Below are positions 29,214-36,859 of a stretch of 50,267 nucleotides of DNA, in pieces. Each line of letters starts with the position of its first letter. Position 1 is the stretch's first letter. The translations under genes and the position numbers were made by a program. The notes beneath the pieces are model-generated. The model saw only the letters and a program-made list of their open reading frames with translations. It searched no databases and was not told where the DNA came from. Origin of the DNA: Patescibacteria group bacterium (GTDB lineage: Bacteria; Patescibacteriota; Patescibacteriia; Magasanikbacterales; UBA922). The stretch is taken from the NCBI GenBank assembly GCA_018823045.1, contig JAHJIX010000011.1, positions 1-50,267 on the forward strand, read 5' to 3'.

Positions 29214-30557
29214 TTATTTTGTTATTTCTTCCATGGCTTCGATAAAGCGATCCACATCTTCCTGCGTATTACACAAGGCAAATGATGCTCGAATAAATCC
29301 AGGAACAGCATCCTCTTTGCCTGCTTTTACATCTTCAATAATCTTTGTTTCATCTTGAATATCGAGCACCTGACGAATCACATTATATACACAAAAACTT
29401 CCAGCACGCACCCCAATGCCAAATCGACTATTGAGTTCTTCTGCCACGTCTGTAAAGTTTATTCCCTTTACATTAAATGGCACAACTGTGCTCAAATGAT
29501 TATCATTTACATAGAGCTCAATCTTTGAATTATTTTTCAAATAATCATATACCTGCTTTGCAAGTCCATGTTCATATGCTTCAACCTGCTCAATTCCAAT
29601 GTCTTCCAATGCTTCAAATGCTGATGCCATAGAAATGGCCCCAATCGCATTTGGTGTACCTGGATCATGTGCGAGTTGATTAGTATAACGTAAAAATTCA
29701 CCGTCTTTTGTAATATATGGTAAATTTCCACCGCCAATTTCATAAGATAAAAAGTTATCAAAAAACTTTTTTGGACCGATCAAAAATCCTCCACCATATG
29801 GCGCATAAAATTTATGACCAGATGCAGCAAGAAAATCAATTCCAAGCTCTTGCATGTCCATTGTATGATGTTGTACAAACTGACAAGCATCAACAATAAA
29901 ATATGCTCCGTATTTATGAACCAATTGTCCAATTGCTTTGATATCTGGACAATATCCTGTTGCATTTGATGATGCAGTAAGTACAAACGCTTTAATATCA
30001 TGTTCTTTTAATAATTTTTCAATATCTGCTAAATCAAATTCAAAATTTTCATTCACAGAATATTGTAATACTTGTTTTCTCCCTGCAAGCTGAATATGTT
30101 CATTTACGCTTTCCATATCGTCAAGCGCAACTTGCTCACTTCCTAATGCTTTAATTCCTTCTGTTTTAACCCAAGGAAGCCAAGAAGAACTATGTTCAAT
30201 ACTAGATACGGCAACTTTTCCAGAAAGAAAAGAAAAATAATACGCTACAGTATTCATAGCACCTGTAGTATTACCAGTAAACAAAACATATGCATCTTCT
30301 GGAGCGTTTACAAAACGTTTAATCGTATCTCTACTTGCTTCGTATACATCTGTCGATACTTTAGATTTTACTCCAGCACCACGATGAACAGAACCATAGC
30401 TTGCAATATATTCTTGTACAGCTTGCTCAACTGAAGCAAGAGCTGGAGTTGTCGCTGCATTATCTAAATTAACATAGCGAACAAGACCACGATCAGTGGT
30501 TTTTACTTGATAATTCTGAATTGCTTCAGAAAATAAATTGTTTGTTTGAATTGTCAT
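29214..30557 (-). CDS. Class V PLP aminotransferase / cysteine desulfurase (SufS-like)
   Basis: NLDNAATTP, DACQ, ASGHKFYAPYG, GVRAGSFC. Confidence 0.9.
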   Translation of the reverse strand: MTIQTNNLFSEAIQNYQVKTTDRGLVRYVNLDNAATTPALASVEQAVQEYIASYGSVHRGAGVKSKVSTDVYEASRDTIKRFVNAPEDAYVLFTGNTTGAMNTVAYYFSFLSGKVAVSSIEHSSSWLPWVKTEGIKALGSEQVALDDMESVNEHIQLAGRKQVLQYSVNENFEFDLADIEKLLKEHDIKAFVLTASSNATGYCPDIKAIGQLVHKYGAYFIVDACQFVQHHTMDMQELGIDFLAASGHKFYAPYGGGFLIGPKKFFDNFLSYEIGGGNLPYITKDGEFLRYTNQLAHDPGTPNAIGAISMASAFEALEDIGIEQVEAYEHGLAKQVYDYLKNNSKIELYVNDNHLSTVVPFNVKGINFTDVAEELNSRFGIGVRAGSFCVYNVIRQVLDIQDETKIIEDVKAGKEDAVPGFIRASFALCNTQEDVDRFIEAMEEITK

Positions 30558-30616
30558 ATTGTTTTTTATAAAAATCTTCTCAACCAACTCTATTCTTAAA
30601 AAATAAAGTAAGTAAT

Positions 30617-30847
30617 CAAAGGGATAAGGTGCTACTTATCCTGGTTTGAGTGCTGATACAGGCAGAATTACCCATATCACTGTTTCTTCTCATGAAGTCT
30701 CATTGCAAGGTCGCTTGCAACTCCTTCTTTAGCCGTGAGAATGCGCACTACGATAGTGACGCGCGGCAAGCTCGGTAGGAAGATAGATATTCACCTATCT
30801 ATGAGCTATTCCCAGTTTACTGCTGGTTCAGTTTCTGGCTGGACCAC
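30617..30847 (-). other. Hairpin-dense structured spacer ending in GGATAAG-TAGCAC-CTTATCC-CTTT
   Basis: At least five local inverted repeats visible in 230 nt. Confidence 0.65.
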
Positions 30848-31141
30848 CTAACGGGTGGGACGTTGCCCAAGCTTCGCTTCGATAGAAGCAAAAGCCTGGT
30901 GGGCCTCCGCAGTCCAAGGCTTCTCCTTGAAACTACGGTAGCCCATACAACACGCGAAAAACTCCGCATCCATCCCCGTCAAGAGGACAGAAAGAGATTT
31001 CCGCATCCCCGTCTCAGGCGGATCCATCCGGAGAGCAGCATTCTGCCGCCCATCCTGGAGAATCCACCGGATAGGAGTCCACCCCTCCAAAACTGCAGCC
31101 GCCATGACGCGGGCAGCCCTGAAGGTCTGATGATGGCTCAT
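30848..31141 (-). CDS. Hypothetical protein (97 aa), GC-rich
   Basis: Co-oriented ORF whose GC-rich block matches the ORF limits. Confidence 0.6.
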   Translation of the reverse strand: MSHHQTFRAARVMAAAVLEGWTPIRWILQDGRQNAALRMDPPETGMRKSLSVLLTGMDAEFFACCMGYRSFKEKPWTAEAHQAFASIEAKLGQRPTR

Positions 31142-31470
31142 CAATTTTCCACCACGCCTTGTCTCCTCGCGCTCCCGCAAGGTCTTTCGGGGTGGTGGCA
31201 ACTAAGAGTCACTGACCCAATATGGGTTATCCTTTGCGCATCAATATGACTTGCAAAACCAGTGTGATACACATTGCATGTATCTAATACAAAAAGAATT
31301 ATTCTTTTCGAAACCATCATGCAGATGGATCTTCCCGTACATCTAACAGCACGGGCTTTGATATGACTTGGTATTTGGGGTCCTAGCCCTTTAGGCAATA
31401 CCTTGCCATGCACCCCGACTGAGTCGGGGCACTCCCGGACATGCCGGTCCAGTGAATCCACCGTCAGACG

Positions 31471-31701
31471 CTAGGTCAACTCGGTGAACCGAGGTCCACC
31501 GAACCGAACGTCAAAGGCATCCGACGTAGGCGCGCAAGAAGCAAAAGCCTCTCGCAACGCCTGTCGGTTACCACGACGGTGGAGGCGCCGAGCCAAAACA
31601 GCAAAGCTGCTGTTTTGCACACCCTTACGCAGGTGTGCACTCCGCGCAGCCCCTTTCGAGACTGCACGAGCTGGCTGGCGCCCGCCATTTTGACGAGACA
31701 T
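31471..31701 (-). CDS. Small Arg-rich basic protein (76 aa)
   Basis: SD-like AAAGGA next to the ATG; ARRLHRRGNRQALRE segment. Confidence 0.5.
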   Translation of the reverse strand: MSRQNGGRQPARAVSKGAARSAHLRKGVQNSSFAVLARRLHRRGNRQALREAFASCAPTSDAFDVRFGGPRFTELT

Positions 31702-31770
31702 TCCTTTTATATATAAATACACTCTATACAAAAGCGATGCCTCGTCTGTTATTTATTTTGTAAAAAACTT

Positions 31771-31853
31771 CTTCTAAGAAACATCTATACATAGATACTT
31801 CTATAAAAGTCCCATTCCAATCAAGTGCAAATCATGAAATGGGAGTCGAGTTG
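31771..31853 (-). repeat. Spacer motif B: TTGCAC-loop hairpin, CTTTTATAG and a downstream small hairpin
   Basis: Near-identical flank to 32964-33038 (CTTCTAAGAAACATCTA..ATAGATACTTCTATAAAAGTCCCAT..GTGCAA..ATGGGA on +). Confidence 0.9.
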
Positions 31854-32008
31854 TGTATACGTTTTGCGGGTCGTATACTACCCCGTTTGATTCGCATTGC
31901 ACGAATCGTTTATGCGTCCAGACAGAAGATTCTGGGCGACTTTCCTTGCCGTGGTGTAAGATCAGGCAAGGACATTTGGAAAAAGACCAGCAGAGTCAGC
32001 GAGTCAGT

Positions 32009-32596
32009 TTAATCAGCGACGACACACCAGGTGTCATCGTATGACTTTACTTCCACAGCCTTCTCACGGATCTCCTCGACGGTCCACGTCGCCGCCTCAT
32101 TGTTTCCGCCCGCTAAGTTATGCACAAAGCGAACAGGACTCAGAGGAGCCTTCGGGCCGGCAAAGGCGAGGATGGCAACCAGCACATGCGTGCAGTCACT
32201 CTCCTCGATCCGTTGCTGCTCTTTGGCGTCAGCCTGGACGTCGGGGTCAGCCAGGTAGGCCTCGCGGGTATAAACCACGAGAGCACACCCGTCAACCGCC
32301 GCCGCACAGGATCGCTTCAGGAAAAGCTCGACTCGTCCACGGTAAAGTACCGCGTGAAAGTCAGAAGCATTCTCCGTACGACGACCAACGCCAGCAGAGA
32401 CGAACGGAACTGCATCCGGAACAAAGATAAAACCTTGCCCCGGAACGTCCTGTCCCTCGAAGTCAAACGCAGCAATAGCTTTTTGAGCCACCTCTGTGAA
32501 TTTCTCTGAGTTAAGAACCTTCGTTCCAATCGCCTCCACGTTGAAAGCAGAAACGATGCTCGCATGGGTCACACGAACATCAGGAGTATTATTCAA
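32009..32596 (-). CDS. Hypothetical protein, DUF3228-like
   Basis: SD AAGGAGG; VVYTREAY..LVAILA..PLSPVRFVHNLAGGN..W pattern recalls DUF3228 (family call tentative). Confidence 0.7.
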   Translation of the reverse strand: MNNTPDVRVTHASIVSAFNVEAIGTKVLNSEKFTEVAQKAIAAFDFEGQDVPGQGFIFVPDAVPFVSAGVGRRTENASDFHAVLYRGRVELFLKRSCAAAVDGCALVVYTREAYLADPDVQADAKEQQRIEESDCTHVLVAILAFAGPKAPLSPVRFVHNLAGGNNEAATWTVEEIREKAVEVKSYDDTWCVVAD

Positions 32597-32963
32597 TCAT
32601 TTCCTCCTTTCTCACCGCAGCTCTCGCTTTGGCGACCCAGGCTCTTATGGCATTGCACCATAAGTCCCTGCTGCTTAAATATCATCTTGTATTGAGTGTT
32701 GTTCCCCTGTTGACCTCAGGGGTGAGCGGGAATGCTCTCTCAATCTCTCTATTCTAAACGATATTGTTAGAACAGAATTTTACAAGGCAAGCAGTAGCTG
32801 ATAACGGAGCTTATGCGAATACGTAACATGTATTAAACGCCTGTGCATTGCGCGCAGGTCTCTCATCGGGAGACGAGAGATCATGAAATTTCTTTCATCT
32901 AAGATATCTAGAGAAAGATACACTACATGAAAGAAACTTCTATATATTTTTTAATGAACTGGT

Positions 32964-33076
32964 CTTCTAAGAAACATCTAAAATATAGATACTTCTATAA
33001 AAGTCCCATCAAATTCACGTGCAATGAATCAGATGGGAATAGACTTTCGCAGTCAAGTGCTTATCGTGCGAAAGTC
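32964..33076 (-). repeat. Spacer motif B, tandem pair of GCAC-loop hairpins
   Basis: Minus GACTTTCGCA-cgatAAGCACttgac-TGCGAAAGTC, then TCCCATCTGATTCA-TTGCACG-TGAATTTGATGGGA-CTTTTATAG. Confidence 0.85.
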
Positions 33077-33350
33077 ATGTGTAATATTTAACCCAATATT
33101 CTAGGGGAAACCTCGATTGATACCTTCTATGTGTACCCGGTTTCTTTTTTACTCATTTTCGGCGAGTAACCTATTCTGGATTCATGCCTTCACCAGAAAT
33201 GGCGGAATGTTTTCTTCTTGCTTTGTGTAAGTTTCTCCGACGTAGGAGAGCAAGAACCGTCAACAGACAACGGTGGTTTTTAAGCATCCTAGGATCAACC
33301 AATACCTAGGCCCACTCTTATGTTACCCTTCAGAGTGATTAGGGGGGCTC

Positions 33351-34385
33351 TTAACCCAAGCGCGCCTTGAGCGCCGGCAGCACCGTCTCGTTCCAGACCA
33401 CCTCGCTCACGTGGAGGAGGAAGGTCGTGTTGGAGATGATGCCCGCGGCGGGCGAGGACTCGAAGTCGTCGGGGAGGAGCGACTGCAGGTTGATGTCCTG
33501 CTGGTGCCGCTTGCTCACCGCGAGCGAGTACTGCGCGCCGTGCTGCGCCGCGATCGGGCCGAACGCCTTCACGACGACGGTCACCTTGGCGCCCTTGGTC
33601 TCGAGCGCCCGCGTGAGCGTGTTCAGCTCGAAGCGTGGGGCCTCTCGCGAGTCCACGAGCCACGTGGACGGGGCCACCTCGGTCGCGGTCTCGGCGAGCG
33701 CCTTGGCGGCTCCGACCTGCTCCTCGTACTGCGCCACCTTCTGGCGCAGGCCGTCGAGCGCGGTCTCGTCGCCCTGCGACGCGTCGACGAAGCTCTGGAA
33801 GAACTCCGCCTTGGCGTCCTCGGAGCGCTGCGGCGCCTTCGGGTTGAAGGGCGGCAGCGTGCCGAGCGCACGGCAGGCGAGCCAGCCGAGCTCCGAGAGG
33901 GTCTCGGCGCTCTGCTTCGGCCGCTCGTCGAAGACGGCGGCGTCGGCGTCGATCTGCTCGTAGGTCACGCCCAGCGCCTTCATGGCACCCGTGAGACCGT
34001 CCAAGTCGCTGTCCGCGACGATGACGGTCCCCTCGGCGTTGAACTCCCCGCTCGTGATGAGCGTGGAGCACGCGGGGTGCTCGGCGCGGCTGGAGATGAT
34101 CGCGTCGGACGCGACCTCACGGAGGCGGGACGCGGCGTCGGCGATCGACTGCGCACGCGGGTTCGAGGGGGCGAGCTCGTCGTGGTGGTCGCGGACGACC
34201 ACGTTCACACCGTCGGCCACGAGGGCCTCGGCCGTGGCGACGAGCTGCTCGGTGGCGGGGGTGTCGATGAACACGACCTGCCGCGCCTCGAGGGCGGCGA
34301 GCTCGGTCAGGACAGTCTCGCGGTCGCTGGGGCTGAAGAACTTCGAGAACAGAACGTTGGAGTCGCTGATCTTGATCTGGAACAT
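33351..34385 (-). CDS. DHH-like phosphoesterase, very GC-rich
   Basis: FIDTP, VRDHHD, DSDLDG motifs; SD GAGGAG before ATG 34385. Confidence 0.7.
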   Translation of the reverse strand: MFQIKISDSNVLFSKFFSPSDRETVLTELAALEARQVVFIDTPATEQLVATAEALVADGVNVVVRDHHDELAPSNPRAQSIADAASRLREVASDAIISSRAEHPACSTLITSGEFNAEGTVIVADSDLDGLTGAMKALGVTYEQIDADAAVFDERPKQSAETLSELGWLACRALGTLPPFNPKAPQRSEDAKAEFFQSFVDASQGDETALDGLRQKVAQYEEQVGAAKALAETATEVAPSTWLVDSREAPRFELNTLTRALETKGAKVTVVVKAFGPIAAQHGAQYSLAVSKRHQQDINLQSLLPDDFESSPAAGIISNTTFLLHVSEVVWNETVLPALKARLG

Positions 34386-34596
34386 GTTTATCTCCTCAGA
34401 GACTACCTGGTATGTCAAACCAGGGGAATCTCAGATAGCTTATGCCAATCCTTGATCCCAAATTATTATTTCTACAGATATTGACAACGCCTCTGTATGG
34501 CGCGCTTGGGAGCTTCCCCCAAGTATTACATATCAGTTTTACACCCGATACTACGGTGTGAGATAAATCTCAATGTATGTACCTGCCTTGCTAACA

Positions 34597-34648
34597 GGGG
34601 ATCCTTCGATTACTCCCGTACTTCGTCAGGATCCACTCAGGATGACAG
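34597..34648. repeat. REP-like half element
   Basis: GGGGATCCTTCGA..CACTCAGGATGACA, same family as 18627-18747. Confidence 0.75.
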
Positions 34649-34927
34649 TGATATACACACATTGAGAATCATCTCAAATTATTTTTTCTTTTAAAGATCA
34701 GTACCTGTTCCCTATTACTTGTTACAAGTTATACGATACAGGTTACACGTTTAGTCGTAATACCGACTGTTCCTGCTCCCATCTCTTCTTGCGAATTAAT
34801 GAGGGCGGAACGCACTCGGTACTATCCATGTCTCACAACATGTATAGGAAGCTCGCGAGTGGGAAGCTTCGATCTTTCGATCAAATCTATCCACAATCTC
34901 CAGCTTCTCTCTCAGTTTCCTGAGAGC

Positions 34928-35030
34928 GATGTACTCACATTGCCGGAAGAAATCTCTCTCCTTCCTTTACTCGGGCAATATGGGTAAGCATCTAAGTGAT
35001 ATAAGTGTATAAAACACAAACGCATTGTCA
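34928..35030 (-). ncRNA. Leader motif A, copy 1 (putative structured RNA)
   Basis: TGACAATGCGTTTGTGTTTTATACACTTATATCA then a long stem enclosing TAAAGGAAGGAGAGAG; homologous to 39971-40064. Confidence 0.6.
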
Positions 35031-35264
35031 GTTATCTGCTATGATATCTTTTTCTTCCGCTCATCCCCCGACAAGTTATGTTGGCCTCAGAATGAAAAAA
35101 CACTCCTTTGAGGGAGCGCGCTATAGTGACTGGCATACAGAGATACTCTCTATATACTAGCCCTATCTCGCTCTCTCTTTCGATCTAGGTTGCTTGATTT
35201 GTAAGGTTACTTGTCTTGATTGACTTGTGGCTGTTTTTCTTGCCCTTTGTCATCATGACGTCAT

Positions 35265-35293
35265 ACTATAATACAAAATAGAGAAAATGTCAA
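35265..35293 (-). promoter_or_regulatory. sigma70-type promoter P1 driving the leftward array
   Basis: TTGACA-17-TATAGT. Confidence 0.75.
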
Positions 35294-35364
35294 GACCTCG
35301 TTGTTTATGTTGTCTTTTTAAAATATAATTTAGCTTATTTTAGCTAAATTTATGTATAGTAAAT

Positions 35365-35386
35365 ATGTCCAGTGCCTACTAGACAT
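35365..35386. promoter_or_regulatory. Putative operator (ATGTCTA-N8-TAGACAT family)
   Basis: ATGTCCA-gtgcctac-TAGACAT. Confidence 0.6.
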
Positions 35387-35605
35387 ATTTAAGTTAGAGA
35401 ACAAAAAAAGCCCTAAAATAAGGCAAAAAATACGTTCTGTTCTACTGAACTCGTTATGAACAAAATACAATTTCTTGGCTAATATAAGGTAAAAAATAGA
35501 TGTGGAAATCAAAAAACAATACTCCCCTGCCCCCAAAATATCTAAAAAAGAAGAAAAATCAAGGTATTTCTCCAAAAAATATTGATATCAACGAACAAAT
35601 AACCC

Positions 35606-35790
35606 CGTCATTGCGCCGCGTGCCGTTTATCGGTGAGCCATAGCGAAGCAATCCCCTCGCCAGCTCCATAGTCTGAAGAGCAACGGAAGCTGTGGAGCTT
35701 CTATGCTCTTGCACTATGGCTCCACAGCCCTAGCGGGACTATGGAGCCAGCTTATGAGGCTCCCTCCAGAGGCGGGCAAGCGCAATGACG
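35606..35790. repeat. RPE/REP-like palindromic element with nested internal hairpins
   Basis: CGTCATTGCG..GAAGCAATCCC..GCTCCATAGTC/GACTATGGAGC..CGCAATGACG. Confidence 0.75.
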
Positions 35791-35998
35791 TGATAAAAGA
35801 GCCAAAAAACACCCTTGTCAATAGAAAAAGAGCTTGACAAAGCAAAAAAATAAGCAAATTTTGCTTATTTTAGTGTAAAAATGAATGATTGACAATTGCC
35901 CTATTTTATGCTATATTATATCTATCAAGACGAAAAGGGTCCCTGATATTCAAATTATTTGGATGGATGGCCCCCTTTTTTATTTTACTTCAACAGAT

Positions 35999-36047
35999 AA
36001 AACATGTCTACACTCACTAAGACATGTTTTTTCTTTTATGCTATAAT
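35999..36047 (+). promoter_or_regulatory. Palindromic operator overlapping the -35 of the regulator's own promoter
   Basis: AAAACATGTCTA-cactcact-AAGACATGTTTT; extended -10 TGCTATAAT at 36039-36047. Confidence 0.7.
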
Positions 36048-36079
36048 AAAGCAAATAACAACCCTCTAATACCTCTACT

Positions 36080-36859
36080 ATGCAAGAAACAATTATTACC
36101 AACCTCATGGAAGCAGGGCTTGACCCAAGTACTGCTGAAATTTATATGATGCTCATTGAACGTGGTGAAATGTCTCCAAAAAACATGTTCCCTCATACGG
36201 AACTCTCTCGTGCGACCGTGCATGATGCATTATCTGAACTCTTAGCCTATGATTTTGTAGAATACCGCAAAGAAGGCCGCCAAGCATATTATATGCCAGT
36301 CCACCCAAATAAACTTCATAATTTGATTGAAGACAAAAAACGAGAGACAAAACAGTTTGAGCAAAACATGCAAGAAACCATCCGCTCACTAAGCGGTACA
36401 TTTAACTTGAGCCAACACAAACCAGGGGTCCGATTTTTTGAAGGAAAAGAAGGATTGAGAGTAGCACTTGGAGATACATTAACATCCCAAGGAACGATCT
36501 ATGCATATATAGATGTTGATTCTGTGGTAGATAAAAATATTGATGAAATGAACCAAGCCTATGTCAAAAAAAGAAAAGAATTAGGCAAAGATAAACAACT
36601 ACTGATTAATAATAGTGCCAGTGCTCAGGAATACATGAAAAAACTTGGACCAAAAAATACAGATACGCGCATGTTACCCACATATATAGACGCTTTCCAT
36701 ACGAGTCTACAAATTTATGACAATAAAGTACTCTATGTAACCCTACGAAAAAAAAATATTATTTCTATTATTATAGAAGATAAAGATATTTATAAACTCC
36801 AAAAAGATTTATTTCACTTTCTGTGGGATATGTCAAAAGATTCAATGATCCAACATTAA
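36080..36859 (+). CDS. TrmB-family transcriptional regulator
   Basis: N-terminal wHTH (GL...AEIY..L...SRATVHDALSEL), coiled linker, PGVRFFEGKEG, C-terminal IYDNKV..IIED..F..LW effector domain. Confidence 0.88.
   Translation: MQETIITNLMEAGLDPSTAEIYMMLIERGEMSPKNMFPHTELSRATVHDALSELLAYDFVEYRKEGRQAYYMPVHPNKLHNLIEDKKRETKQFEQNMQETIRSLSGTFNLSQHKPGVRFFEGKEGLRVALGDTLTSQGTIYAYIDVDSVVDKNIDEMNQAYVKKRKELGKDKQLLINNSASAQEYMKKLGPKNTDTRMLPTYIDAFHTSLQIYDNKVLYVTLRKKNIISIIIEDKDIYKLQKDLFHFLWDMSKDSMIQH

Noticed and set aside
30617-30847. SAM or other known riboswitch upstream of the cysteine desulfurase
   Set aside because: I could not find SAM-I (AUC..GAU P1 core), TPP or cobalamin consensus by eye; treated as an array spacer pending an Rfam scan.
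31142-33350. Group I or group II intron explanation for the structured spacers
   Set aside because: No GUGYG 5' end with a domain V, no recognisable P7 core, no interrupted host gene and no maturase or homing endonuclease.
33295-34484. Overlapping 258-aa (minus) and 357-, 198- and 157-aa (plus) ORFs
   Set aside because: Alternative-frame artefacts of a ~70% GC gene; only 33351-34385 has an SD and sensible composition.
26340-35300. Integron cassette array, CRISPR array or prophage interpretation
   Set aside because: No integrase or cas genes, no consistent RYYYAAC/GTTRRRY attC boxes after stop codons, no regularly spaced identical repeats, no phage structural genes.
35689-35728. TTGCAC inside a hairpin loop within the palindromic repeat
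   Set aside because: Sits in a different repeat family, in a large loop with no U-tract; not counted as motif B.
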